A stretch of 64,000 bases of DNA, taken from NCBI GenBank assembly GCA_951406725.2, contig OX597817.1, positions 95,294,001-95,358,000 of the forward strand, read 5' to 3'. The translations under genes were made by a program, and so were the position numbers. Under the pieces are notes generated by a model. The model worked only from the letters and a program-made list of their open reading frames with translations. It was not told the origin of the DNA and ran no database searches. This DNA is from Octopus vulgaris. Its lineage: Eukaryota. Shown here one piece after another: positions 49,480-62,629 of the stretch. The first letter of the stretch is position 1; each line of letters begins with the position of its first letter.

Positions 49480-52400
49480 GGATTTATACCTATCCTTTTC
49501 TGCATATTGAGCAAGGTTATTTCCCTGAAGATACTAGAGTTCTATTTTCTTTTCTGCTAAAACTTTAGTCCTTACTACGTTCACCTTGAGGCTCTTTGAT
49601 ACTGGGTTTAACTTCCAGTTTGAATTTCGTTTCTTATTCCTCTGTAGACTCAGCTATTAGAACTAGATTATTAGCACACAAGATTTCCCATGGGCATCCA
49701 GTTTTAAACTTCTCTGTGTTAGCCTGTAGAACTATGATTTATTTGAGGAGACTGATGTTTGAACCTTGATGGATTCCTACACTCATGCCAAATTCCTCAT
49801 TGAAATTGATGCTTACTCTCACTTTACCTACTGTATCTTTGTACATAGCTTGTCCACACTCACAAGCCATATGACTACACCTAGTTTCCTTGATGACTAC
49901 CAAATTACTGAGCATGACACACTGTCAACTGTCTCCTCCAAGATAATGAATGCTAGGAATAGTGGTTTACAGTTAGCCAAGTAGTTCTGCAGTTGACTTA
50001 CTAGGAATATTGCATCTGTAGTACACTTTCTGGGCACAAAGCCAAACTGCTTCTCATTTTGCACTAACTTTCTGCATGGTCTTCATAACCTGGTCCAGTA
50101 ATTTGGTTCTTTCATAATTAACAAAAGGGTGGAGAGCAGCAGTGTAATGAGCCTGTAGATAAATGAAAGTGGTGCAATGATGTGTGGGATGAAAGAGAGA
50201 GAGAGAGAGATGTAGTGACAGATGGTGGTCATACACAGGGATGGATATAGTGAGTAGCAAAGTTAGGGGCGTTTATGGTAAATATTAAAGCAGATAAAAG
50301 AAAGTATTATGGATGAAGTATGGTGGTCATATGATGTAGTTCAAGGTGAAGGGAAAGATAACTGGTGGCACAAAAAGAAATGATCAGGCAAAAATAAAGT
50401 GAGAAGGGGTGATGTTGAAATGAAGGATGGATATCAAAAAGAAGTGGTTCCTAAGACAGGGATAACTGGTGGCACAAAAGATGGCACATGTGCTGTTTGT
50501 TTCTGATATATCTACAGCAGCTGAATAATACTGTAATTAGAAGAGTAATGGAAGGATGAGCATTAGGAAGAAGTTAGAAGAGGTGGGGAAGGCCTGACAA
50601 GAACAGATTGAGTGTGGGAGCAAGGCCCAGTGTGTATTTAGACAAACATGGTGCTTTTAGGACCTTAATTTTGTTGTGGAGGATGGGTCTTCTTGAGCAC
50701 AGCAAAGCACCAACTCTTTCTTCTTTCATTTCCTCTGTGAGTCCTAACATCCTGAGTTTGATCTTCACTATTCTGTCTCATGTCTTTCTGGATCTATATC
50801 TTTCATAGTACCATCCATATTCCTATCATTTCTTTATGTAGCATAGCTATTCATATACAAGCATCACACAATCTGCCTTTCACTCTGAGGTAGAAACCTC
50901 TACTTATCTACAGAGATTATAGTGTTCTGAACTTTTTCCAGCTTATTCCTATCCTAGCAATTATACTTTCAGAGCATCTTCCTCCACTGTTAATTAAGTA
51001 ATCTTAGTAACAAAACCTATCTACTATCTCCAGGTCTCCTCCTGATCATTTGATAAAATCTACTTTTTGTATGTTCTTACTGTTTATTGCACCTGTGCAT
51101 CTGCCACTTTGTGATCCCATGTACCTCAGGTGTGTCCATAATTTGCATTGGGTACACAGTATAGCATTTCTATGTACAGTAATCCCTTGACTATTGCAGG
51201 TGTTATGTTCCGAAACCTCCCACAGAAATAATTAAAATCTAAAAAAATTATAAATACCTATCGGTCGCAGAAACCCAAATATACCAAGTGCTTGATAGGT
51301 GAACCATGGTATGGTGAAGGATTACTGTACCTCTTTTCTACATAATGAACAGGACCATTTTCCTGAAGGGAGCAGAGTCCTGTCTATTTGCTTTCACACA
51401 TAGAATTTTATAATTATGCTACAGATTCAGCTATAACAATGACATCATCATTGTAAATAAGCTTCCATGGGTAACTAGTCTTAAACTCTTTAGTTATGAC
51501 CAGTTACTGAATGTCTATGACAAATAGGAGGGGACTAAGAACTGACCCCTAGTGAACTCCTATCTGCACACTAAATTCATTGCTAACTCTTGTAATATGA
51601 CTTGTATGGCTCTCACAATCCATTTGTTAACTCATAGCTTCTGCAGCAATCACCAGATCAGAGATCAAAGAATTCTTTTGAAGGCTTTCTTCAGGTCGAA
51701 GAATGCTAAGTGCAGCAGTTTCGGCTAAATACGTCTACATTACTAGAAAGAATACATCGTTTAGTACTTCTCTGATATAAACTCGTAATCATCCAAGCTA
51801 ATTCACCACTTAATCAATTGAGCTCTAACTGTTTCCATAACTTTTGTGACCTGGTCCAGCAAATTGGTACCCCCCTTTAAGGCATCTCCATTACCTTTGT
51901 GACAGTCGAATATAATGTTATGCTAATTGTTGGGTATGATTCTTTCCTGCACAACCTGATTAGCTATACAGGGGACTAGGCCATATCCTACTCTGCCAGA
52001 TATTTTAAGCATCATATAAGTAATTTCCAATGGACCAAAGGCTTTCCTTGCTGTCATATCCTTAATTGCTTTATCCTACTGCTGTCAGACCAGTTATTCT
52101 GGCTGGTCTCTCTGACAGGTTCACATTAGGAAAAGTATCTTTCTCTCATGCATTCTCCACATTTAATAGCCTTTCATAGTAGTACTTCCGATCCGTTGCG
52201 GATCCGTGGAACAAGCTGCCAGACGAGATGGTGAAGATGCCGACGACCGCTTTGTTCAAAGCCTCCCTGGACCTCAAGTGGCCTGAACTCTTTACATGAA
52301 CACCACCCTGTACTTAACTCCATGTCCCCCTACATGGCCTTGCTATTTGCTTTTGAGCCAAATTAACTAACTAACTAACTTCCCTGTCTCTTTCTTTTCA

Positions 52401-53110
52401 GAATCACTAATTACAAGTGCCCCATTATCCCTCTCTACACACTTCTATTTACAAAATCTTGATTTTCTGATACTCACACTGTAGAACATTAGCAAACTTC
52501 TTTCTGCAGCTCCTTTTGCTAAGTAAACCTATTGCCTAGCTTCTTTTCTCTGCTGCCCCCATTTTTCTTGTCTTTTCAGTCCTGTCACTTCTCTTATATA
52601 GCATTGTCTACCTTATTGTTCTACTTTGACATTATCCCTGGTCTGTCTGGAACTTTGCACCAAACTAGAGATGTTGTCTAATCTTCAATAGTTTGTCTCA
52701 TAGGAAGTTCCAGTTGCTTTTTGTGCTCTTCACCTCTATATCTCTTTCCTTCTTGTCAAATACTTTGACTAGTATTTCTCTAAATGTCTAACTGTCCAAT
52801 GGATCTTTAAGCTTCTATATCCTTTTCCAAACTTGTTTGCATATCTGAGTACTTGTATTTCTAAGCTACTAGCCATTAATGTTGGGTTGTACATTCTTTA
52901 CAAGAGAAGGACTTCATATTTACTAGTATCTGTCTATTCCATTCTCTGGTGAGAATGTAGTTAAACTGACTTGTATACATACCAAATCAGTGGGTGATCA
53001 GATGGTTGGAGTCCTTTCGTGTGCTGCTCAACATGTCCATTGAAGTCATCCGCCACAATGAAGTCATTGTCATTTATCATTGAGGTAAGCTGCAAAAGGG
53101 CCTCATAAAA
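49480..53110 (-). mobile_element. Series of decayed RTE LINE fragments (APE to RT)
   Basis: Minus-strand relics: IVADDFNGHV (APE, ~53050), LAFFDLKKAF, GVH.GSVLSPLLF and RKTWDRIVK-like motifs. Confidence 0.7.
52190..52377 (+). mobile_element. Short 3' fragment of a CR1-type LINE
   Basis: VADPWNKLPDEMVKMPTTALFKASLDLKW* C-terminus, (TAAC)n tail, 6-bp TSD ACTTCC (52184-89 and 52378-83). Confidence 0.75.
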
Positions 53111-53379
53111 GTGTCCCCTCTGTTCACATGCGAGTCCAGTATTTCCAAGAAAAGGGATTATTGGTAGCACAAGGGAAAGGATTATGTGTAGCTCTGCTTC
53201 CATATAATTACAAAAGTTGAGAAATAATGTGATTAGTGGGTGAGGGAAGTGTTATGCAAATGAGTTGCTGGAAAGGCTTGACAGGTAGAGATTGGGTGCA
53301 GGGGCATAGACATTAGCAATATGCTTTTAGGGCTTCCTTTCTGCTGAGCTCTTTTCAAGCATGGCAAATAGTCATTCAC

Positions 53380-56300
53380 CCCAGTTATTTGTCATCTTGC
53401 TTTGTGAGGCTCAACAACCTGAGGTCAGACTTCACAACTTCTTTGGTCTATCTCTTCCATGAGTCTCATCCTTATTTAGTGATTGGTACTTCTCTATGTA
53501 GCTGTCCTCATCCATATGTATCTTTTGCACATTACATCTGATGCCTCATGTGCTCAATTTTTTTCTCAATACATTTGTACTTTGTTGTACAAGTGCACTA
53601 ATATTGGCACATCCAGCAGAGCATGTTTCTAGTTTTTGCATGTTCTCTGCATTCATAGCTCATGTTTCACCACCATGTAATATTACTGTTCATACACAAG
53701 CATCCTATAATCTGCCTTTCACTTTGATAGATGCCTTTTGTTACTAACTGACATAAGGATTCATAGAAGAAGTTTCGTGGGAATATTGAATTCACAAGCG
53801 GTCCCTGACATCCCGCATGCATATCCCAAGTGATGGGACGCCCTGTTTGCTGCGGAGTCTCCACAGACGCAGGGACAGAATGACCTCGAAGCCGCCGGTT
53901 GCTGATCAGACGCCTCTTGGAATTTTCACCAGAGCCCTGTTGGCCAGGCTGCTGTCCTAATACCGCTCGGTGCCAGACCAATCTGCTTTGGGTGGCCCTA
54001 CCAAGAACCGAAGTTCCCGACGGCATAGCTCTGACACTGCCTGTTTACACCACCCTACTGCTTTTGACTCGGTGGATTGGGAAGCCCTCTGGTGTATTAT
54101 GCAGGCGGACGGTATCCCTGTGAAGCTGCTAAACCTCATACAGGGCTACTATCGTTCAGTGAGGGCTCATGTAAGGGTCTATGGCGGGGAGACGGAGTTG
54201 CTTGATGTCACTACCGATGTTCGACAGGGTTGTGTGCTTTCGCCAACCCTATTCATTTATGCCATCGATTACAGTCTCAACACTGTGCTTCGGGACTACT
54301 CGGGCGTAGAGGCTAGGAGAGAAGTCGCAGTGACGGACCTGGCCATCGCAGATGACATCGCGCTCTTGGGCTCTAACCGAGCAGATGTCCAAGATGCTCT
54401 CGAAAGGGTGCATGCGGCAGCGGCAACTGTTGGTCTTCGGGTCAATGCTTGCAAAACCAAAGTGATGACATCTCTGGTCACAGCAGATGAATGGCGGCCA
54501 ATCGTTCTTGAGGGCATGGAGTTTGAGTATGTGGAGTCCTTCATCTACCTGGGTTCAACGGTGGTTCTAACGGGCCAGGGCGCAGCCGAGGTCGAGCATT
54601 GCATAGGTGTTGCCAGATTCGCATTCGTGTGCCTCAAGTGGTGCCTGTGGGACAGAAGAGAGATCTCAGTGACCAAAGGGTGAATCTAGCAGGCCGTCGT
54701 TCATACTGTCCTCCTCTATGGTTGTGAAACATGGCCTATGAGGGTAGCCAATCAGCGAAGGCTGGAGGTGTTCGACAATGACTGTCTCCGCTGCATTCTT
54801 CGCTGCCAACGCATTGATTGGGTTCCTACAGCCGGTCTTCGTCATCGCCTGAATCTCCAGCCCATCCCTTCAGTGCTTCTACAACAGCAATTAAGGTGGT
54901 TCGGTCATGCGGCCTGGCATCCAGAGGGTGAACTGATTCATGATGTCCTCCACTCACCTCCACTTCCCAGCTGGCATAAACACATGGGCGGGTAGCTGAA
55001 GACCTGGGCAACGACGATAAAGGAGGACCTCTCCGAACTCTCAGTTCCGCAGGTGGTCAGTCTGCGCAGATGGAACTGCGAATGGTTCGCTATCTCCAGT
55101 GACCTCGCACAGGACTGTCAAGCATGGGCCGCCATGGTTCGTGATGCTTTTAGGACCAGAGAAGAAGCTGGCTCAACCCGCTCTGGGTGAGCTCCATCAC
55201 AAGTACAAGTAAATTGACATAAGAATTCTCTGAACTTTCTCCTACTGGTTCATATTCTAGTAACTGTACTTTTAGACCACCCTCCTCCACTACTAATTTG
55301 GTTACCTTGATAACAGAAATTGTCTATTACCTCTAGGGATCTTCCTGGGAATTTGAGAAAATCTGTTTCCTCTGTGTTCTTAGTGTTAATTGTTCCTGCA
55401 CATCTGCCACAGAGTCTACTTTCTCTATTAATCTTTCAGTGATTCCATTGCATTTCCACTGGATGGAATTACTATATACACCATTTCTGCATACAAAACA
55501 GAGCCATTTTCCTAAAGGGATGAGCATAGTGTCTATTTTACTTCTTACTAGAACTTTGGTCTTTTTAAGTTAACTTTAAAGTACCTTGATTCCAGGTATT
55601 GCCACTATACATGGAATTTCTTTTGTAATTTTGCTATAGATTTAGCTATAAGACACAGTAATCATCATAAAGGAGTTCCGTGAGCAAATGTTCTTAGACC
55701 CCTCTGTTATGGCCTGGAGAAGAATGATAAATAGGAGGGGACTGAGAACCAAGCCTAGGTGAACTATCTGCTCACTAAATTTGTCACTGTACTTATTAAC
55801 TCTCACTTTACTAACAGCTCTCACTAGCCATTCATGTACTTCTATGGCAAACTTCAGATCAGAGAGCGAGGGATCCTGTTAAAAGCGTTCTCTGGGTTGA
55901 TGAAAGCCAAGTGGTTTACTTTTGGCTAAATACTTCTGCTGTTGCCTTTGTAGGCTTTCTGTTTAAAAGAGAGAATTAATGGTACTTCTTCCTGGCACAA
56001 AATCGAACTGTATCTCATCTAGTCTAACCCTCTTCCTAAGTAGCTATTCTATCACTATAAATTTCATGATCTTGTCCAGCAATTTGAAAGTGTTGTAATT
56101 ACTTCTCTCTAAGGCATCACCTTTACCTATTTAACAAATAAATGATGCTGTTACACCAGTCATTGGGTATGATACCTACCTGTACAACTTAAGTAGCTAC
56201 ATAAGTGACTAGGCCATATCCCTCCACCAGATATTTTAAGCATTTTAGTGATGGGCCAGGGGCTTTCCCTGTCTTCATATCTTTAATTTGTTTTTATCTT

Positions 56301-56410
56301 TCATACTACTCTCAATGAAAATGGTCTGTCCCTCTGTCAGGTTCACATTTGGAAAGATTGCTTTCTCTCTTGCATCTCTACATTTAGCAACCTTTCATAA
56401 TAGTACTTCT
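53380..56410 (-). mobile_element. Decayed RTE LINE hosting the GC-rich RTE insertion
   Basis: Minus-strand RT relics on both sides of 53763-55211, collinear across the TSD (e.g. VHLGLVLSPLLFIILLQ). Confidence 0.7.
53763..55211 (+). mobile_element. GC-rich RTE-clade LINE, 5'-truncated with an inverted 5' segment
   Basis: AFDSVD, VRQGCVLSPTLF, ADDIAL, LLYGCETW, LRWFGH, GG*LKTWATTIKEDL..AGSTRSG*; (CAAGTA)n tail; 17-bp TSD AA(C/T)TGACATAAG(G/A)ATTC at 53746-62 and 55212-28. Confidence 0.9.
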
Positions 56411-57189
56411 ATGATTTTTTTCAGAACCATTAAGTGCAAGTGTACCATTATCTATCCACACACACTTCTGTCTGTCTAACTGACCGTCTGTCCGTCCGTC
56501 CGTGTGTGTGTGTTTGCTGGGACTGGATTTTTATCTTTAGATTTGAAAGCTTTGTAGGCTTTCTTTTTAAAACAATGTTCTCTAGATATGGTGTATGTTT
56601 ATATGAAACCTACTTGGTTTGATAGAATATATAAAAATAGTATCTCAAATCTAAGATATGTTTGTGACCATCATTAAAATTCAAAGCCTTTTGTATTATG
56701 TCTGAAAAAGCCTTTTTGATTACTGAGTTAAAGAGGTGTTTTCTAACTGATTAGTGTTTCACCAGTGCTGTGTCCATGGTTTACATATTTAACATTCACT
56801 AACCTAGATACAGAATGGCTATTAAGAGAAAGTACTTATCACCACTACTTCAAATTGTATAACTAATGCATACTTTGGTCAAATGCATTACTTGAATTAA
56901 GTTTCATTGAACTAAATCTTTGATAGACTAGACTCCTGTACTTGTGTAATGTAGAAGGGTCTGGTCTTGATGGAGAGAGAGAGAGAAATGACTCGAACAC
57001 ACACTTCCTTGAAATCTTACATAATTTTTTCTATCGCACAACATCTTCCAATATTAGCAGTAAAGACAAATAAGAAGGAAACTTACGATTGAAATAGCCT
57101 CCTAAAATCCAGATGACTTTGCCTCAGAATAGTTTCCAGATAAATCAAATTCCTATATTATATCTAAATATATTGAAAAATAGTAAACA

Positions 57190-57200
57190 AAGAAGCCTGT

Positions 57201-57237
<37 letters not shown>

Positions 57238-57609
57238 GTGTGTCTGTGTTTGTCCCCCTAGCATTGCTTGACAACCAATGCTGGTGTGCTTACGTCCCCG
57301 TCACTTAGCGGTTCGGCAAAAAAGACCAATAGAATAAGTACTGGGCTTACAAAGAATAAGTCCCGGGGTCGATTTGCTCGACTAAAGGCGGTGCTCCAGC
57401 ATGGCCGCAGTCAAATGACTGAAACAAGTAAAAGAGTAAAGATGCAGGAGTGGCTGTGTGGTAAGTAGCTTGCTTACCAAACCACATGGTTCTGAGTTCA
57501 GTCCCACTGTGTGGCATCTTAGGCAAGTGTCTTCTACTATAGCCTCAGGTTGACCAAAGCCTTGTAAGTGGATTTGGTTGAGGGAAACTGAAAGAAGCCT
57601 GTCGAACAT

Positions 57610-57654
<45 letters not shown>

Positions 57655-57830
57655 TGTGTGCCTGTATTTGTTCCCTCCCACCATCGCTTGACAACCGATG
57701 GTGTGTTTACATCCTCGTAGCTTAGCAGTTTGGTAAAAGAGACCTATAGAATTAGTACCAGACTTACAACGAATAAGTCCTGGGGTTGATTTGTTCGACT
57801 AAAGGTGGTGCTGAAACGAGTAAAAGAGTA
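57190..57830 (+). mobile_element. Tandem SINEs (3' half followed by a full copy)
   Basis: Main SINE family; the second copy starts at ~57443 directly after the first tail. Confidence 0.8.
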
Positions 57831-58074
57831 AAGCATATGTCATAATGAAACCCTTCTAATCATGCTGGTATAGAAGAATAATTGTTAAAAGGATGATAAT
57901 CTCTCTCTTTATAAAAATTTTTGTCTGTCTATTCCCTATGCATTCTCAAATGGCTCCCCGAAACCAAATCAAATTTTACAAGGTAATAGTATTACACCCC
58001 GTGAGTGTGAACTTGTAATTTTTATTTTCATTTGTATTAAAACAATATAAAATTTTATCTCAAATAATCTTTCT

Positions 58075-58440
58075 ATAGTAAAGGATATTTTATACAACAG
58101 CAACATCACATTTTGTATATAAGTGTGTCTGTGAAAGCGTGTGTGTTTGCGCATTCATTACATATGACATAGTGAAGGATATTTTATACCACCACCACCA
58201 CCACGGCACATTTTGTATATCAGTGTGTATGTGTCTGAGTGAGTGTGTGTGTGTCTGAGTGTGTGTGTGTGTGTTTGTGTGTTCAATATGTACGAGATAG
58301 TAAAGGACATTTTATACCACCATGACCGCCATGACACATTTTGTATATGAGTATGTGTGTTTGTGTGTTCATTACGTATGACATAGTAAAGGACATTTTA
58401 CATGATGATGACACATTTCCTATATGAGTGTGTATGTATC
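58075..58440. repeat. Diverged ~95-125-bp minisatellite, 4 units
   Basis: ATAGTAAAGGA(T/C)ATTTTA..CACATTTTGTATAT..(GT)n..TTCATTAC recurs at ~58075, 58169, 58297 and 58383; probably internal to the Helitron. Confidence 0.7.
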
Positions 58441-58859
58441 TCTAAGTGTGTGTTTGCCTGTTCATTACATAAATGTATGTTTGTGTGTGTCTGTCTTGGT
58501 ATATATGTGAGTGTGCCAGTGTATATGTGAGTGTGTCAGTGTATATGTCAGTTACACTGATGTAAACTGGCCATGTGAAAGAGCTATACTGGCTCCAACT
58601 AATGAAATGGTTGATAAACTCAATCATGAACTTCTTCAGAGGTTAACAGATACATCAGAAATGACTTTTCCATCAATTCACACAACAGTTGATCAAGATC
58701 AGGCTGTTCAATACTCTGCTGAATTTCTTAACACATTTAAACCCACTGGAATGCCACCGCATAACTTGACACTAAAGCTGGATGTTCCCATTATGTTGCA
58801 TAGAATCTTGACCCACCTTACCTGTGTAATGGAACTCACTTAATTGTTACTTCTATGAA

Positions 58860-61113
58860 GTAGAATTGGAAAAGTTTCAGGTTTGGAAGCAAAACTTGGA
58901 ATCAAAAGGCCTTGAAGTTAACTTAGATAAGACTAAAGTTGTTGTTAATGAGAAAGGAGATAAGACTCTCATTCCAGCTGGCAAATTGCCCTGTTTAATA
59001 TGTAGGAAAGGAGTGGGATGTAATTCCATTTGTTGCACTAAGTGTAACCTATGGATGCATAAGAGATGCAATGGAACCGTGGGAAGATTGTCAGATAAGT
59101 TTGCTTTTGTGTGTGGCAGATGTGCAGGAACATTAAGTACTAAGAGCACGAGGGACTTAAACTCTCTCAAATGCCCAGGAGGTTCTCTTGAGGTAGTAGA
59201 TAGTTTCTGCTATTTAGGTAACCAAATTAGTAATGGTGATGGATGCTCTGAAAGTAATGTTTCTAGAATAAGAATAAGGTGGAGGAAGTACAGAAAACTA
59301 CTATCTCTGTTGACAGCAAAAGGACTCACTCTTAGAGTGAAAAATAGATTGTATGATGCTTGTGTGAGAACAGCTGTATTACATGGTAGTGAAATATGGG
59401 TTCTGACTGTGGAGGAAATGCTTAAGCTGGAGAGGAATGAAAGTAGCATGCTCCATAGGATTTGCAACATCAGTGTGCATGACTGACAAAGCACAACTGT
59501 GTTGAGAGAAAAATTAGGCATAAGAGGGATTAAATGTGGTATGCAGGAGAGGAGACTGCGTTGGTTTAGACATGTGATGCGTATGTGTGAAGACAGCTGT
59601 ATAAAAAAGTGCCTGTCTCTGAAAGTAGATGGTACGTGTGAAAGAGGACAACCCAGGAAGACATGGGATGAAGTGGTGAGGACTGATCTTCGGATGTTGG
59701 GGCTCATGGAGGAAATGATAGTGGACTGAGATGTTTGGAGATATGTGATCCTAGAGAAGACCTGTCCATGAAACTGAGTGCTAGAAGGGTTGTATCCCAC
59801 CCACATGTAACAACACTCTTCACCCACTCTACCCTAAGAAATTAAACTACAACTCTTCTAACTGCATTTTTCTTTTCTTCACATTTCTGCCTCATACATT
59901 ATGATAGTTTTCCAATCCCCTTTCTTGCCCTCACTGCAGTGCTCACTGTATCACTGCTCCCATCACACCCCACCACCCACAGCCACTTCCAATTTTTCTA
60001 ACCAGGTTCTACGCTCATATTCTTGTTACTTGTGAGTATACCCTAGCACTACACTATCTCTCTTCTGCTCTCTCTTACACTTTTGCTGTTTCCTACTATT
60101 TCTCTTTCTCTTTGGTCACTCTCTCTCTCCTTCTCTTGTTTTCCCTCTGACTAGGTAACCAAGTATCATCTTTACACCAGCATACTTGTTTCTGGCCTCT
60201 TTCTGTACCTCTCTCTCACTGTGTAACCATGTACCTCCTGTATAGCAAGACTAGCAGTATCGCCCGGCGTTGCTCAGGTTTGTAAGGGAAATAACTATAA
60301 AGCATCTTTAGAGAGTTATAGCCAAAAAATAGCAAAAAAATGGAAAAAAAAATGATGGTAAATTTTTTTTTGAGAGTAAAAAAAGGTTGAGTTGCGTCCC
60401 CTAGACAGTCTGTGGTTTGTTTTTTTTATTCTCGACCCCATGTCGAATTTATCGATTTTTTTCAGAACTGGGGGAACTTTTCAAAGTTTTCGCTGCGTTA
60501 GTTTTGAATTATGACATTGGGCTATGTGTGTGTCAAGTTTCATCAGAATCGGTTGAAAGCTGTGGTCAGAGTGAGGGTACGAGAAAACAGACACACAGAA
60601 ACACGCACAGACAAACTGCCGTTTATATATAGAGAGATACTTATTTCTACCTCTCTATTTCTCTGTTACACTGTAATCTTTCAGCATTTGATATTGGATC
60701 ACCTCCTCTAATTATCTGTCTGTTGTGGCAAGACACCTGCTTCTGTCTCTTTGTCACACTCTAATTTTCATCCTCTGACACAAATGCCCTGCCCCTCTCA
60801 TAATCCCTTGTCTTGTAAGTTACTTTGTTACCCTGCCAGTGCTGGTGCCATGTTGAAAGCATCTAGTTCACACTGTAATGTGGTTGGCATCTGGAAGAGC
60901 ATCCATCTGTAAAAATCTTGCCAAAACTATCTTCGCCTGTGCTAGTGCCATGTAAAAAGCACTGAGTCCACTCTACAGAGTGGTTGGTGTTAGAAAGGGT
61001 ATCCAGCCATCAAATTCCTGCCAAAACAGACACAGTAGCCTTGGGTAGATTTTCTACCTGACTGGCTCCTGTCCATGCATGCATGGAAGATGGACACTAA
61101 ATGATGATGATGA
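58860..61113 (+). mobile_element. 5'-truncated RTE LINE with full 3' UTR and (GAT)n tail
   Basis: ORFs 58866-59486 and 59499-59729 (NLDKTKV, Cys-rich insert, VDSFCYLG, RRLRWFRHVMRM, PRKTWDEVV). Confidence 0.88.
60251..60637 (-). mobile_element. Non-autonomous Helitron
   Basis: 5' TC; 3' hairpin GAGCAACGCCGGG + GCTAG|T; last ~60 bp shared with 62630-63142. Confidence 0.8.
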
Positions 61114-62629
61114 TATCCCATGTCCAAGAGGCAACTATCATAACAGGTAGTTACAAAGAAAATGTCTTTATTCCAAAATTTCCTTTCATACCTACAGACG
61201 TTCCATTTGAATTTAAGAGGCTTTAGCTTCCAGTCAAATTAAGTTTTGGTATTTCAATTAACAAATCTCAGGGTCAATTCCTCAAGGCAGTAGGACTTCA
61301 TCTCTCTACTACATGCTTCTCTCACGGCCAACTCTATGTTGGTTGATCTGGAGTTGGAAGCAGCAACAATTTATTCATTTGGACACCAATAAAAATGTGC
61401 ACAATGAATATTGATTACACTGAGGTGCTTCAAGATTGGCAGATTTTCAGTTCTAAATTCTACTATCATTACAATTTGGATATTTTAAAATAAAATATAG
61501 ATATTTTGAAATAATTATGTGAAAAAAATATATCTTCATATCTATTGTTTACTAATCTGAATAAGAACATCAGTAACCTGGGCAAGACTGGGTGATTCAG
61601 CTAGTATATAATCTGTGAAAATGACATGATCATTTGATTGCCTAAAATGGAACATTTCTGCACTTGATATGTCAGAATGGGAAAAATCAGTTATTACTAA
61701 TCTCCATTATATAAACCCATCAAAATGGGTTTATATAATAGTATTTTCCTAATAACTCTGTATCTTATTATTAATCTAAGTGTGTATCTCTAAAATTAAA
61801 TAAATAAAGCCATTTGTCTCATTTGGCTACACTTTCTAAATTTATTATTAGATACTTTCTGCTTCAGTTTACGTAAGTTTTTATAGTTGTAAACTTATAA
61901 ACTTATAAAAATTTAAAGTAACTTTTTATACCGTCTTACAATTTGAATTGGCTACAGTAAAAGAATGATAACCAAACAATAACCAAACAAAGTAACCAAA
62001 CAATATAACTCCAGATTTAATTATATGTATGTGTGTTTGTGTGAATTTGTAAATAAAGGATGCATTTGATATAGGTTTATTGTTCTAATAATAACTAAGA
62101 AATAACAGCTATACCTGTTTAGTTTAATAGCTGTTGTTAGCTCTGAACAGACTATAGCATATGAGCAGAGAATCAAACACTTGAATACCTTGTCTGTTTT
62201 ATCGAGTTGAGTTTTCAGGTCAGGGCCATCTGGTGTGAAGTTATTTGATCGTCCTCAGGTATTAGAACATTAGAACTTTGAGACAGCAGAGAAAAATTAA
62301 AAGCACAAGTTAGCTTTAAAACAGGCAACTCAGGTGATAGGGTGTTGTCATTTTATTTTACAATTTATTCCTTCCTAATTACATTATTACTTATTCCTCA
62401 GACTTCTATAATTGTTCTATCTGACCTTGTTATAAATTTGCACAAATCTGAGGATAAATGCAATGATAAAAATATTAAAACTTAGGAAGGAACCCAGTGA
62501 AAATGTATAGGAAGATATTTGGGTTAACTGTTATAAAAATATAACTATTTGTCATAAATGTACTGACATGTAAGGCAGATGTAATAGAAAATAACCAAGA
62601 AAAATATTTATGAGGTTAGTCTTAAATAA

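Larger units (their letters stand above)
58555..61604 (+). mobile_element. Old Helitron helicase relic split by an RTE insertion
   Basis: ERAILAPTNE..GMPPHNLTLK..CNGTHLIV (58560-58855) continues as EATIITG..FEFKRL..INKSQGQ..FSHGQLYV (61115-61360); decayed hairpin + CTAG at 61575-61604. Confidence 0.8.
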
